DNA of 59,291 bases, filler included. It is 5 parts of 5 records of this genome, joined end to end, with 100 filler letters (N's around TTAATTAATTAA, not from the genome) between each part and the next. Parts side by side here need not be neighbours in the genome. Positions count along the whole stretch, not along the records: positions 1 to 22,705 come from SRR22947725_405; 4 more parts are not named here. One strand, given 5' to 3'. The translations under genes and the position numbers were made by a program. Shown here piece after piece: positions 8,585 to 18,977 of this stretch (positions are counted from its first letter, which is position 1; every line of letters begins with the position of its first letter). The notes under the pieces are model-generated. The model saw only the letters and a list, made by a program, of their open reading frames with translations, ran no database searches and was not told where the DNA came from.

Positions 8585-9740
8585 AAAAGTATGTGTAGTT
8601 ACCGGCTCTAGAGCTGAATACGGTTTGCTTAAAAATCTTTTATTTTTAATTAAAAAGGAGAAACTTCTTAAATTACAATTAGTGGTTACTGGCTCCCATT
8701 TATCTAAAAAACATGGTTTTACTGTTAAAAATATAGTCAAAGATCGATTAAAAATTAAAAATAAAATTGATCTAAAATTAAATAGAGACGATACGATTTC
8801 GATTGCAAACTCGATGTCTTTTGGATTATCAAAATTCGTAAGAATTTTTGAAAAAAACAAACCAGATATTATAATTTTGCTTGGGGATAGGTATGAAATT
8901 TTTACAGCTGGTATAGCGGCCACTCTATGCAGAATTCCTATCGGTCATATTCACGGGGGAGAAATTACTAAGTCATTAGTTGATGAAGCTTTTAGACATT
9001 CTATTTCAAAAATGGCTCACTTACATTTTACTGCTACAAATGAATATAAAAAAAGAGTTATTCAAATGGGAGAGGTTCCTAAAAATGTATACTGTGTAGG
9101 AGGACTAGGTGTAGATAATATTAGAACCACTAGTCTTTATACTAAATCAGTTTTAGAAAAAAAATTAAATTTAAAATTCTTAAAAAGGATTATATTAGTT
9201 ACATACCATCCTGAGACATTAAAAAAAAAATCTTCTTTATCTAATTTAAAAAACTTATTCAAAGCTTTAAAAACTATGCAAGAAACAACAGTGATATTTA
9301 CGATGCCAAATTCAGATATAGAGTCAATCATTATATATAACACAATCTTAAAATTTATTTCTAGAAGAAAAAACTATCATTTATTTAATTCTCTTGGACA
9401 AAAGAAATACTATTCATGTTGTAAGTATTCAGATTTTATGATTGGAAACTCATCAAGTGGATTATTAGAAATGCCATCGTTTAAGAAATTTTCTATTAAC
9501 ATCGGAGAACGACAATCAGGACGTTTAAAAGCAAAATCTGTTATTGATTGCAGAGCTCAAACAAAAAATATTATTAAAGCAATTAATTTTGCTTCCAATT
9601 TTACTAATAAAAGAAAAATTAATAATGTTGAAAATCCCTATGGGAAAGGCGGAGCTTCAAAAAAAATAGTTAACATACTAAAACATAAAAATTTTAAAAA
9701 TTTGATCCTTAAAAAATTTTATAACGTAAAATTTAAATGA
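8562..9740 (+). CDS. neuC: Hydrolysing NDP-sugar 2-epimerase (NeuC/LegG)
   Basis: TGSRAEYG, LGDRYE, HIHGGE, GNSSSG, NPYG.GG. Confidence 0.92.
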   Translation: MMKTSKFKKVCVVTGSRAEYGLLKNLLFLIKKEKLLKLQLVVTGSHLSKKHGFTVKNIVKDRLKIKNKIDLKLNRDDTISIANSMSFGLSKFVRIFEKNKPDIIILLGDRYEIFTAGIAATLCRIPIGHIHGGEITKSLVDEAFRHSISKMAHLHFTATNEYKKRVIQMGEVPKNVYCVGGLGVDNIRTTSLYTKSVLEKKLNLKFLKRIILVTYHPETLKKKSSLSNLKNLFKALKTMQETTVIFTMPNSDIESIIIYNTILKFISRRKNYHLFNSLGQKKYYSCCKYSDFMIGNSSSGLLEMPSFKKFSINIGERQSGRLKAKSVIDCRAQTKNIIKAINFASNFTNKRKINNVENPYGKGGASKKIVNILKHKNFKNLILKKFYNVKFK

Positions 9741-10615
9741 AAATATTATTTATCGGAACAGTTTTATTTTCAAAAAATATTTTAGATGAAGTAATAAAAT
9801 CTAAAAATGAAATTGTAGGTGTAATAGGCAAGAGAAAATCAAAATTTAATTCTGATTATTATGATTTAGTTAAATATTCCAAAAAAAAAAAAATTAATTC
9901 TATTTATTCTAATAAAATTAATTCAACTAAAATTATACGATGGATAAAAAAAAGAAAACCCGATATTATTTTTTGCATAGGGTGGAATCAATTATTAAAT
10001 AAAAAATTATTAAACATAGCGCCTAAAGGAGTAATTGGTTATCACCCTAGCGACTTACCAAAAAATAGAGGAAGACACCCAATTATATGGAGTTTAGTGC
10101 TCGGTTTAAAAAATATTGGGTCAAGTTTTTTTTATATGGATAGTAAAGCTGATACAGGACGTATAATTTCAAAAAAAATGATTAAAATTAAAAAAAATTC
10201 TGATTCTAATTCGATTTATAAAAATCTAATAAAGGAAGGCAGAAAGCAAATTAGAGAAATAATATTTAAAATGAAAAAAAATAAACTTTATTCATTTCCT
10301 CAAAAAAATTCTCAAAGTAATTATTGGAGAAAAAGGTCTGAGATCGATGGTAAAATAGATTGGAGAATGAGTGCAGATAACATTAATAATCTAGTAAAAG
10401 CATTAACTAAGCCGTATCCGGGTGCATATTTTCTTTTAAAAGAAAAAAAAATTATAATATGGAAATCCAAAGTAATTAATTTGAACACAAGAAATTTTGA
10501 GCCAGGAAAAATTATTGAGTTTAATAAACATTTAGTAATTAAATGTGGAAGTAAAGCATTAAAAATTATAACTTTTCATCCTAAAATTAGTCTAAAAAAA
10601 GTAAAATACTTATGA
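9737..10615 (+). CDS. Formyltransferase (Fmt-like, N10-formyl-THF dependent sugar N-formyltransferase)
   Basis: YHPSDLPKNRGRHP, ADTG, C-terminal Fmt domain with IDW...AL..PYPGA. Confidence 0.85.
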   Translation: MKILFIGTVLFSKNILDEVIKSKNEIVGVIGKRKSKFNSDYYDLVKYSKKKKINSIYSNKINSTKIIRWIKKRKPDIIFCIGWNQLLNKKLLNIAPKGVIGYHPSDLPKNRGRHPIIWSLVLGLKNIGSSFFYMDSKADTGRIISKKMIKIKKNSDSNSIYKNLIKEGRKQIREIIFKMKKNKLYSFPQKNSQSNYWRKRSEIDGKIDWRMSADNINNLVKALTKPYPGAYFLLKEKKIIIWKSKVINLNTRNFEPGKIIEFNKHLVIKCGSKALKIITFHPKISLKKVKYL

Positions 10616-11274
10616 AGTCACTTATAATTTCACCTCATCCAGATGATGAAGTCTTAGGAGCTGGAGGAACACTTTTTAAGAGAAAAAGTAGTAAAAAAAG
10701 TAATTCTTTATATTGGATAATAGTTACAAAATTACAAGCAAATACACCTAAAATAAAAGTCTTAAGAAGAAAAAATGAAATTAAAAAAATATCTAAACTT
10801 TTTGGATTCAAAAAAGTTTTTCAACTTAATTTTAATACGACTGAGCTAGACAGTTCTTCAAAGAAAAGATTAATTAAAGATTTTTCTGATATTTTCAAAA
10901 AAATTAAACCTTATGAATTGTTTGTGCCTCACTTTTCAGATGTACACTCAGACCATAAAATTGTTTCTGAAGTTATATCAACTTGCACCAAAAACTTCAG
11001 ATTCCCTTTTATTAAAAAAATTTTAGCTTATGAAGTACTTTCTGAAACAGACTATAATCTTAATAGAAAAAAAATTTTTTTCCCAAATTATTATGAAGAC
11101 ATATCTAAGTTTATAACCAAAAAAAAGAATGCAATGAAAATATATAAATCAGAAATTAAAAAATTTCCTTTTCCTAGAAGCATTAAAACAATAGATGCTT
11201 TAGCAAAATTAAGAGGTTCACAAATTGGTAAAAATGCAGCTGAAAGTTTTGAGATATTAAGAGAGATTAATTAA
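10612..11274 (+). CDS. PIG-L/LmbE-family N-deacetylase
   Basis: PHPDDE and DVHSDH metal-binding motifs; FPFPRS..AESF tail. Confidence 0.88.
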   Translation: MKSLIISPHPDDEVLGAGGTLFKRKSSKKSNSLYWIIVTKLQANTPKIKVLRRKNEIKKISKLFGFKKVFQLNFNTTELDSSSKKRLIKDFSDIFKKIKPYELFVPHFSDVHSDHKIVSEVISTCTKNFRFPFIKKILAYEVLSETDYNLNRKKIFFPNYYEDISKFITKKKNAMKIYKSEIKKFPFPRSIKTIDALAKLRGSQIGKNAAESFEILREIN

Positions 11275-11278
11275 ACCT

Positions 11279-13042
11279 ATGATTTATTTAGGAATACACG
11301 GTGGACATAATGCTAGTGCAGCATTAATGAGGGATGGCAAAATAATTTTTGCACTTCAAGAAGAGAGATTTACTAATATAAAAAACTTTTATGGATATCC
11401 ATTTCAATCTGTAAAACATTGCCTTGATTATGTTAAAAGTAAAAATTTAATAATAGATATTGCTGCTATAGCAACTATTGAAGATTATTTATTTTTTCAC
11501 AAATATAGATTTAATAATTTTTTTAGCATTCCTGATTTTCACAAATATTATTCGGTTTCTTTAAGTCAAAAAAAAGCAATATCATTTGTAATGAATCATA
11601 AAAAGTCTAAAGATAATAAAGGTTTTTATTTACCATTCAAAAAAATAAATAAGAAAAATTATTTTAATATTAATTACCGTAGGGATATTTTTATTGAACA
11701 GTTAAAAAAACAAGGTAAACACAATATAAAAAAGATTACTTTTTTAGACCATCACACATGTCATGCTTATTATTCTTATTTTAGCGCAAAAAATAGAAAA
11801 GAAAATAGTTGTGTAGTTGCAGTAGACTCTTATGGTGATAAAGCAAATCAGACAGTTTGGGTCATTAAAAGAAATAAATTACAACTTGTAGCTAAAACAG
11901 ATCAATTTGAAATTGCAAGAATATATAAATTTATTACTTTAATTTTAAATATGAAACCAGAAGAACACGAATTTAAAGTTATGGGATTATCTGCCTATTC
12001 AAAAAAAAAATTTATTTTAGATGTTTACGAAAAAGTTTTTAAAAAGATACAAAAGTTTGATGGTATTAAAATAGTTCATAATAAAAGACCAAAAAATTTA
12101 TATCTCTATTTAAAAGAAGCCACAAAAGATTTCAGATTCGACAATATTGCTGGAGGGTTACAGTATTTTGTAGAACAATTAATGAAAGAATTATTAATTA
12201 GAATCTATAAAAAATACAAAATAAAAAATTTTTATTTTTCTGGTGGAGTATCAATGAATGTAAAAATGTATAACAATTTAGGAAAATTAAGTTTTGTAGA
12301 TTTTCTTTATTCACCTCCATCAGGAAGTGATGAAAGTTTATCAATTGGCGCTTGTTATTATTTATCACAGCACATCAAAACATATCCTTTAAATAATATT
12401 TATTTAGGAAAAAATTTAATAAGCAAAAGTGTGAAATTAAATTTAGAGTACATAAAAAAGCAATTCTCAAAAAAAGATTATAAAATATTAAGTAATTTTA
12501 ATCATAAAGATTTAGCTTCATTGCTTGTAAACAACCAAATTATCGCGGTTGCTCGAGACAGAGAAGAGTTTGGTGCCCGGGCTTTAGGTAATAGAAGTAT
12601 TATTGCTAATCCATCAAATTACGGTGTAGTACAAAGTATTAATGAGAGCATTAAAAATAGAGATTTTTGGATGCCATTTGCGTTAACTATTTTAAAAGAA
12701 AGTCATAAAAAATATATTGATAATAAAAAAAATTTTGAATGTAACTACATGACAATGTCATTTGATACAAACAAAAATAATTTTAATAAGATTAAAGCAG
12801 GCTGTCATCCATATGATAAAACTGTAAGGCCTCAAATATTAGATAAAAATTCTAATCCAAAATATTATTCAATTATAAAACAATTTTCAAAAAAAACTGG
12901 AATTCCTGCTTTACTGAACACCAGCTTAAATCTTCATGGAAATCCCATGGCATCTAGTTTAAGTCAAGTAATTTCTACTTTTAAAAAGTCTGGTTTGAAG
13001 TATTTATATTTAAATGACAATTTTTTAATAAAAAAAAAATAG
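11279..13042 (+). CDS. Carbamoyltransferase, NodU/CmcH family
   Basis: HNASAA, QEERF, HHTCHA, KVMGLS, GGVSMN, EFGARALGNRSI, IKNRDFWMPFA, LLNTSLNLHG. Confidence 0.92.
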   Translation: MIYLGIHGGHNASAALMRDGKIIFALQEERFTNIKNFYGYPFQSVKHCLDYVKSKNLIIDIAAIATIEDYLFFHKYRFNNFFSIPDFHKYYSVSLSQKKAISFVMNHKKSKDNKGFYLPFKKINKKNYFNINYRRDIFIEQLKKQGKHNIKKITFLDHHTCHAYYSYFSAKNRKENSCVVAVDSYGDKANQTVWVIKRNKLQLVAKTDQFEIARIYKFITLILNMKPEEHEFKVMGLSAYSKKKFILDVYEKVFKKIQKFDGIKIVHNKRPKNLYLYLKEATKDFRFDNIAGGLQYFVEQLMKELLIRIYKKYKIKNFYFSGGVSMNVKMYNNLGKLSFVDFLYSPPSGSDESLSIGACYYLSQHIKTYPLNNIYLGKNLISKSVKLNLEYIKKQFSKKDYKILSNFNHKDLASLLVNNQIIAVARDREEFGARALGNRSIIANPSNYGVVQSINESIKNRDFWMPFALTILKESHKKYIDNKKNFECNYMTMSFDTNKNNFNKIKAGCHPYDKTVRPQILDKNSNPKYYSIIKQFSKKTGIPALLNTSLNLHGNPMASSLSQVISTFKKSGLKYLYLNDNFLIKKK

Positions 13043-13100
13043 ATTTTTTTTTATTTACTAAATCCTTAAAAGTGAAAAACTAAACAGAAAATTAAAAAAA

Positions 13101-14306
13101 TTGAAAAAAGTACTTATTCATCTTTTTCCGTATAAATTTATTAATCATGATTATAAGATTAGAGAGTTTGCGGAGCTAGAAAAAAAATTTAAAACAAAAG
13201 TAATTGTTCACGATTTATCAAAAATATTTTATCCGAAATTAGATTATATAAAAGCAAAGAATTTTAAGAAATCTATTAAATTTAAATCAATAAGTCAGTG
13301 GGTAAAAACTTTAAATAGGTTAAAAAAGCATGATGTGGTTATTCTCAATGAATTAGTTTTAGACTCGTTTAAGTCTTTAATTATTCATTACCACTTAAAA
13401 AAAAGTAACTTTCCAATTTTTTTAAATTCAAATCCTGGAGTAGCAGATGAGTCATCACTTTTTTCAACAGATTTAAATTTTGAAAAAATAAAAATTAAAT
13501 TTATGAGACTTTTTAAAAATCCAAATCTTTTGATCTTTTATTTAAAAATGAAAATTTTAATGTTTTTATTTCCTTTGATTAAATTTAGTAAAATTACTAT
13601 ATTTTTAGTCGGAGACAAAAATAAAAGCTTGCCTTTATTTCATTCTTCCTACAGAGCTTATAACAAAAAAATTGTAAAGGCGCACTTTAGAGATTATTCA
13701 AATTTTTTAAATTATAAAAAAAATAATATTGTAAAAAAAAATAAACCAATAGTTTTTTTAGACTCTACATTCCCATATTTTACGGATGATGAAACACTAC
13801 TTTTTAAACAGAAACGTGAAATTGATGTAGTCAAGTGGTATAAAGAACATAATGAATTCTTTGATAAATTAGAAAATTTTTTTTCAACAAAAGTTATTGT
13901 AGTTTCTCATCCTAAAACAAAAGGTGTTAAAAATCCTTTTTTAAAGAAAAGATTTATAGATCATCGAATAGATGCAACACTAAAATTAACATCATCCTCT
14001 CTTTTTTTTCTCTGCGGAATGTACGTCAGTACAGCTATTTCTTTTCCAATTTCAGCTTATAAACCTATTTTTTTTCTATATTCAGATCAAATGAAACTCC
14101 ATTATGAAAGACAAGTTATTGTTGAAAAAGAAGCAGCAAAATTAATTGGTAGTGGACTTTTGGATATAAATAATTTCACAAAAAATGACATTTTAAAAAA
14201 TATGAAAGTAAACAAAAAACTATACGATAATTATAAGTATAGATTTTTAACATCAAAAAGATTATCAAAAAAACCAAATCATATAATTTTAGGCGAATTA
14301 ATTTAA
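13101..14306 (+). CDS. Hypothetical protein, candidate nonulosonate transferase
   Basis: 401-aa ORF within the Leg cluster, with HP (VSHPK) and S-T (YVSTA) motifs in the C-terminal half. Confidence 0.4.
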   Translation: MKKVLIHLFPYKFINHDYKIREFAELEKKFKTKVIVHDLSKIFYPKLDYIKAKNFKKSIKFKSISQWVKTLNRLKKHDVVILNELVLDSFKSLIIHYHLKKSNFPIFLNSNPGVADESSLFSTDLNFEKIKIKFMRLFKNPNLLIFYLKMKILMFLFPLIKFSKITIFLVGDKNKSLPLFHSSYRAYNKKIVKAHFRDYSNFLNYKKNNIVKKNKPIVFLDSTFPYFTDDETLLFKQKREIDVVKWYKEHNEFFDKLENFFSTKVIVVSHPKTKGVKNPFLKKRFIDHRIDATLKLTSSSLFFLCGMYVSTAISFPISAYKPIFFLYSDQMKLHYERQVIVEKEAAKLIGSGLLDINNFTKNDILKNMKVNKKLYDNYKYRFLTSKRLSKKPNHIILGELI

Positions 14307-14321
14307 TCATTTAAATAAAAC

Positions 14322-15167
14322 ATGAAAAAGCCAATTAGAATAATACCTATTCTGGATATTAAAAATGGATTGTTAATTAAAGGAATTAACTTTGAAGGAT
14401 TGAGAGTTCTTGGCAATGCTAACGACTTTGCAAAATTATATTATTCTCAAGGTGCCGATGAAATATGTTACCAAGATAGTGTAGCAACACTTTATGGTAC
14501 AAATAATTTAATTAAATTTGTAAGTGAGTCAGCTAAAAATGTTTTTGTTCCTTTATCAGTCGGAGGCGGTATAAGAAGTATAAACGATGCGTCTTCAATG
14601 TTTAAAGCCGGGGCGGATAAAATAATTATTAATTCTGCTGCGATCGATGATATAAAGTTATTAAAAAAGGCATCCAAAATTTTTGGATCTTCAAACATAA
14701 CAGTAATAATTCAAGCTATTAAAATAAATAATAAGTATTTTATAAGTAAATCAAATGGCAGAGACCTTGTAAAAACTGATCCAATACAGTGGGCTCAAAA
14801 AGTAGAAGAGAATGGAGCAGGAGAAATAATTATTACTTCGGTGAATCATGAAGGGTTAAAAAAAGGTTTTGATTTGTCTCTAACTAAAAAAATTGTTGAG
14901 AAAGTATCTAGTCCAGTTATTGCTCACGGAGGCGCTGGGAATGTTAAACATATTTATGATGTAATAAAACACACTAATGTTAGTGGAGTGGGAATAGCCT
15001 CAATGTTGCATTATGAGGCTATAAAATTTTTACCTAAGATTAAAACGAAGATCGGAAATACATCTTATTTGAAAAGCATAAAGAAAATATCAAAAGTTGA
15101 AAATACAATTCAAAAAATTAAAAGTTTTTTAAAAAAAAAAAATATACCAATTAGAGATGAAAAATAA
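14322..15167 (+). CDS. HisF-like cyclase subunit (LPS-locus HisF2/WbuZ type)
   Basis: RIIPILD, GADEI, VGGGIRS, GAGEIIITS, IAHGGAG; glycan-cluster context. Confidence 0.88.
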   Translation: MKKPIRIIPILDIKNGLLIKGINFEGLRVLGNANDFAKLYYSQGADEICYQDSVATLYGTNNLIKFVSESAKNVFVPLSVGGGIRSINDASSMFKAGADKIIINSAAIDDIKLLKKASKIFGSSNITVIIQAIKINNKYFISKSNGRDLVKTDPIQWAQKVEENGAGEIIITSVNHEGLKKGFDLSLTKKIVEKVSSPVIAHGGAGNVKHIYDVIKHTNVSGVGIASMLHYEAIKFLPKIKTKIGNTSYLKSIKKISKVENTIQKIKSFLKKKNIPIRDEK

Positions 15168-15795
15168 AAATCCGACTTTAGGAATCATTGATTTAAAATT
15201 TAATAACTTATTGAGTATTTATAAAGCTAGTGTTCAGTCTGGTTTTAAAACTTCGATAATTTCTGAAAAACAAAAAAAACTTGCTTACGATTTTGTTGTT
15301 ATTCCTGGTGTAGGCACATTCAAATCAGGAATGAAAGTTATCAAAATTAATAATTACGATGAAAAAATATTTAATTATTTATCAAAGCCAAATTCTTTTA
15401 TTTATGGAATATGTCTTGGTATGCAATTACTTTTTGAAAATAGCCAAGAATTTGGTTTGACAAAGGGACTCGGCTTAATCCAGGGAGATATACTTGAACT
15501 AAATAAAAAAAATAAATTTATGAAGACTAATATGGGATGGAGTCAAACAAAATTTATAAACAAGATCAATAAATCTGATTTTAAAAGATTTAATAATCAA
15601 CTTTTTTACTTTGTTCATTCTTACTATGCTAATCCAACTAATAAATCAGATATATTTGCAAAAACGTTGCACGGTAATTTCTTATTCGCTTCAGCAGTAA
15701 AAAAAGGGAATATTTTAGGAACTCAATTTCATCCTGAAAAAAGTGGAAACTTGGGCATTGAATTTTTAAGAAGTTTAAAAAAGTATAAATCTTAA
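15157..15795 (+). CDS. HisH-like glutamine amidotransferase subunit (HisH2/WbuY type)
   Basis: PGVG, GICLGMQ, YFVHSY, QFHPEKS. Confidence 0.9.
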   Translation: MKNKNPTLGIIDLKFNNLLSIYKASVQSGFKTSIISEKQKKLAYDFVVIPGVGTFKSGMKVIKINNYDEKIFNYLSKPNSFIYGICLGMQLLFENSQEFGLTKGLGLIQGDILELNKKNKFMKTNMGWSQTKFINKINKSDFKRFNNQLFYFVHSYYANPTNKSDIFAKTLHGNFLFASAVKKGNILGTQFHPEKSGNLGIEFLRSLKKYKS

Positions 15796-15796
15796 T

Positions 15797-17014
15797 ATGA
15801 AATTAAAAACATTTTACGGGTTACCAGAAAAAGTTATATTCTGCAAAAAAAGTTTAATTTCTAATCAAACTCCAGGCTCAACTCAAGAGTTTAAGCACAC
15901 TATAAAAAGCAAAAAAAAAACTTTATATATAGATAAAAATGGATTTTCTGATCCTTGGAAATACTCAAGATTAAAAAAAAAAATTAATTACAATCAAAGA
16001 GAAAAACAATTATTAAAACTTCTTGAAAAGCATAGAGGCAAAAGAGAATTTGATTGTGTTGTGCCTGGAAGTGGAGGTAAAGATAGCTGTTATGCGGCTC
16101 ACATTTTAAAATATAAATACGGAATGAATCCGCTACTAGTAACGTGGTCGCCAAATTTATATACAGATTACGGATACCAAAATTTTAAAAACTGGATAAA
16201 ATCTGGGCCTTTCAAATGTATTTCATCTAAAAGAAACGAGAGATTATTAAAAACACTTACCAAGCTCTCAATTGAGAATTTACTGCACCCTTTTCAAACA
16301 TTTATTTTAGGACAAAAAGCATTTCCTGCAAAGATAGCTGAAAAATTTAAAATTCCACTAGTATTCTATGGAGAAAATGAAGCCGAGCATCATAATGCCA
16401 TAGCAGACAACAGAAGCTCTTTAAGAAGTAAATCGTTCCATCAATATAAAAACTTATCTGAAATTAGATTAGGTGGAATTAAAATAAATGAACTAATAAG
16501 AGATTATAATTTTAAAATTAAAGATTTTGAGCCTTTTTTACCTCTTGAGTCTCAAAAATTAGATAAATTTCCTCTAGAAGTTCATTACTTGGGTTATTAC
16601 CTCAAGTGGATACCTCAAGAAACTTTTTATTATGCGGTGGAAAATTGTAATTTTAGACCAAGACCATTTAGAACAGAAGGAACTTACAGCAAGTATAATA
16701 GTATTGACGATAAACTTGATGATCTACATTATTATACAACTTTTATCAAATTTGGAATTGGAAGAGCCACATATGAAGTGTCCCAAGAATTGAGAAACGA
16801 TCATTTAACAATAGAAGAAGGAAAGAAACTTATTAAAAAATATGATGGAGAGTTTCCCAAAAATTATTTTTCTGAAATAATGAAATATTATAATATCAAT
16901 GAAAACTATTTTGTAAAACTTTGTGACAAGTTTAGATCACCACATATATGGAAAAAAATTGAAAAGAAATGGTATTTAAGACATACTTCAAATAAGGACG
17001 GCACAGATGATTAA
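15797..17014 (+). CDS. N-acetyl sugar amidotransferase (WbuX/WbpG/PseA family)
   Basis: PP-loop VPGSGGKDS, YGEN, GTYSKYNSIDDK, KFGIGRAT; adjacent to the HisF/HisH paralogues. Confidence 0.88.
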   Translation: MKLKTFYGLPEKVIFCKKSLISNQTPGSTQEFKHTIKSKKKTLYIDKNGFSDPWKYSRLKKKINYNQREKQLLKLLEKHRGKREFDCVVPGSGGKDSCYAAHILKYKYGMNPLLVTWSPNLYTDYGYQNFKNWIKSGPFKCISSKRNERLLKTLTKLSIENLLHPFQTFILGQKAFPAKIAEKFKIPLVFYGENEAEHHNAIADNRSSLRSKSFHQYKNLSEIRLGGIKINELIRDYNFKIKDFEPFLPLESQKLDKFPLEVHYLGYYLKWIPQETFYYAVENCNFRPRPFRTEGTYSKYNSIDDKLDDLHYYTTFIKFGIGRATYEVSQELRNDHLTIEEGKKLIKKYDGEFPKNYFSEIMKYYNINENYFVKLCDKFRSPHIWKKIEKKWYLRHTSNKDGTDD

Positions 17015-18071
17015 AAAAAATCTAAAGAAGTATTTGATTGAACATAATGCAAAAACAATGGACTCCTTAAGAAGAATAAATAAGTTAGGAGGCAGATCAC
17101 TAGTAGTTGTATCTAATAAAAAAATTTTAAAAGGAATTCTAAGCAGCGCTGATTTAAGAAAAGCAATACTAAATCACAATATAGCTAATGAAAAAATAAA
17201 TAAAATTTACAATAAAAAACCTAGGTTTATATTTTCTGATGAAATTCAAGAAAAAATTAAGAAAATATCTCCCAATCTAAAAAAATTTAGCATTATCCCC
17301 ATAGTAGATCGAAGGACAAAAAAAATAATTAATGTTCTTGATTCAGAAAAATTAAATTTATTAAACATTAAGAAAAAAAATAAAAAATTGAATGTTAGTA
17401 TTGTTATAATGGCAGGAGGAAAAGGAACTAGATTAATGCCTTATACATCAGTATTACCTAAGCCTCTTTTGCCTATTAATCAAAAGCCTACTATTAACCA
17501 TATTATTGATAGATTTATAAATCTTAGCACTGAAAAATTTTTTGTAACACTTAATTATAAATCTGAAATTTTAAAAACATACTTAAAAGATTTAAGTAAA
17601 ATTAAAACTTTGATAACGATAGAAGAAAAAAAACCCTTAGGAACAGCCGGCGGCTTATTTTTAATTAAAAATAAAATTAAAAATGACTTTTTCTTAACAA
17701 ATTGTGACACAATTATTAATGAAAATTATAATGATATATATAAACATCACAAAGCCAAAAAAAATGACATTACTATTGTAGCCGCATCAAAAAAATTTAA
17801 AATTCCTTATGGCGTTTGCGATGTAAAAGAAAATAATTTTATAATGAGAGAGAAACCAGAATTAAAATACAATGTAAATACTGGTTTTTACATAATTTCA
17901 AAAAATTGTTTAAAAGTTTTAAAAAGAAGAGAATATTTAGATTTTAACGATTTTCTGCTTAAGTGTAAGAAACATAATAAGAAGATTGGAATTTTCAAGA
18001 TAAAAGAAAAAAGCTGGATAGATGTTGGTCAAATGAGAGAATATAAAACTAACTTAAATAAAAATATTTAA
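17007..18071 (+). CDS. CBS-domain sugar-phosphate nucleotidyltransferase (PtmE/LegX-like guanylyltransferase)
   Basis: N-terminal CBS pair, MAGGKGTRL, PKPL, LGTAG, WIDVG. Confidence 0.85.
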   Translation: MIKKNLKKYLIEHNAKTMDSLRRINKLGGRSLVVVSNKKILKGILSSADLRKAILNHNIANEKINKIYNKKPRFIFSDEIQEKIKKISPNLKKFSIIPIVDRRTKKIINVLDSEKLNLLNIKKKNKKLNVSIVIMAGGKGTRLMPYTSVLPKPLLPINQKPTINHIIDRFINLSTEKFFVTLNYKSEILKTYLKDLSKIKTLITIEEKKPLGTAGGLFLIKNKIKNDFFLTNCDTIINENYNDIYKHHKAKKNDITIVAASKKFKIPYGVCDVKENNFIMREKPELKYNVNTGFYIISKNCLKVLKRREYLDFNDFLLKCKKHNKKIGIFKIKEKSWIDVGQMREYKTNLNKNI

Positions 18072-18075
18072 AAAA

Positions 18076-18975
18076 TTGAAAAAAAAAGTTCTCATATTTG
18101 GTTTTGGCTCAATTGGAATAAGGCATGCAAATCTGTTGCGCAGTTTTAAAACAGTTTCTAATGTGTTAATTTTTTCTAGCAGAATCAACAAAAAATTTAA
18201 TTCAACAAATCGTATTTTTGATATATTAAAGTTTAATCCAGATTATATATTAGTTTGTTCTGAAACTTCTCAGCATCTCCAAACTATAAAAATAATTGAA
18301 AAATATTTTAAAGATAAAACAGTTTTAGTTGAAAAACCACTTTTTCATAAATCTATAAAATTTAATTTTAAAAATAATAAGTATTATGTAGGATATAATT
18401 TGAGATTTCACCCAGTAATTAAATTTTTAAAAAGAAAAATTAAAAAAAATAAAATTTTTTCTATATCGATTTTTTGTAATTCCTTTCTTCCAAAATGGAG
18501 AAAAAATATAGATTATTTTAACTCTTATTCATCTTCCAAAGTAAGAGGCGGAGGGGTTCTTTTAGACTTAAGTCATGAAATTGATTATTTACAGTGGCTT
18601 TTTGGTAGAATAGATGGAATTGAATATAAAAAGATAAAAACAATATCAAATTTAAAAATAAAATCTGAAGATATGGCACAAGTTATTGGTAAAATTAAAA
18701 ATATAAATTTATATTTAAACTTAACTTATTTTTCAAGACATGAAGAAAGACGGATTATTATTGATAGCAATAAGGAGACAATCGTAGGAGATTTAATAAA
18801 CTACAACATTAAAATTATAGATAATAAAAATTTAAAGAATATTAAATTTAAAAATATTAAAAACCAAACTTATATCGATCAACATTTGGCTGTATTAAAT
18901 AATCAGACTAAAAATCTTTGTACCATTAAAGACGCTAAAAATACTTTATCTTTTATAGAAAGACTAAAAGGCTAA
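18076..18975 (+). CDS. Gfo/Idh/MocA oxidoreductase (PtmF-like)
   Basis: GFGSIG.RH, VEKP, YNLRFHP, GGGVLLDLSHEID. Confidence 0.85.
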   Translation: MKKKVLIFGFGSIGIRHANLLRSFKTVSNVLIFSSRINKKFNSTNRIFDILKFNPDYILVCSETSQHLQTIKIIEKYFKDKTVLVEKPLFHKSIKFNFKNNKYYVGYNLRFHPVIKFLKRKIKKNKIFSISIFCNSFLPKWRKNIDYFNSYSSSKVRGGGVLLDLSHEIDYLQWLFGRIDGIEYKKIKTISNLKIKSEDMAQVIGKIKNINLYLNLTYFSRHEERRIIIDSNKETIVGDLINYNIKIIDNKNLKNIKFKNIKNQTYIDQHLAVLNNQTKNLCTIKDAKNTLSFIERLKG

Positions 18976-18977
18976 AT

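Noticed and set aside
13028-13052. A-run/T-run hairpin after the carbamoyltransferase as an intrinsic terminator
   Set aside because: The stem is entirely A-T and such runs are common in this contig.
14322-15795. hisF/hisH as histidine biosynthesis genes
   Set aside because: No other his genes are present, and they are coupled to a sugar amidotransferase, the known LPS-locus paralogue arrangement.
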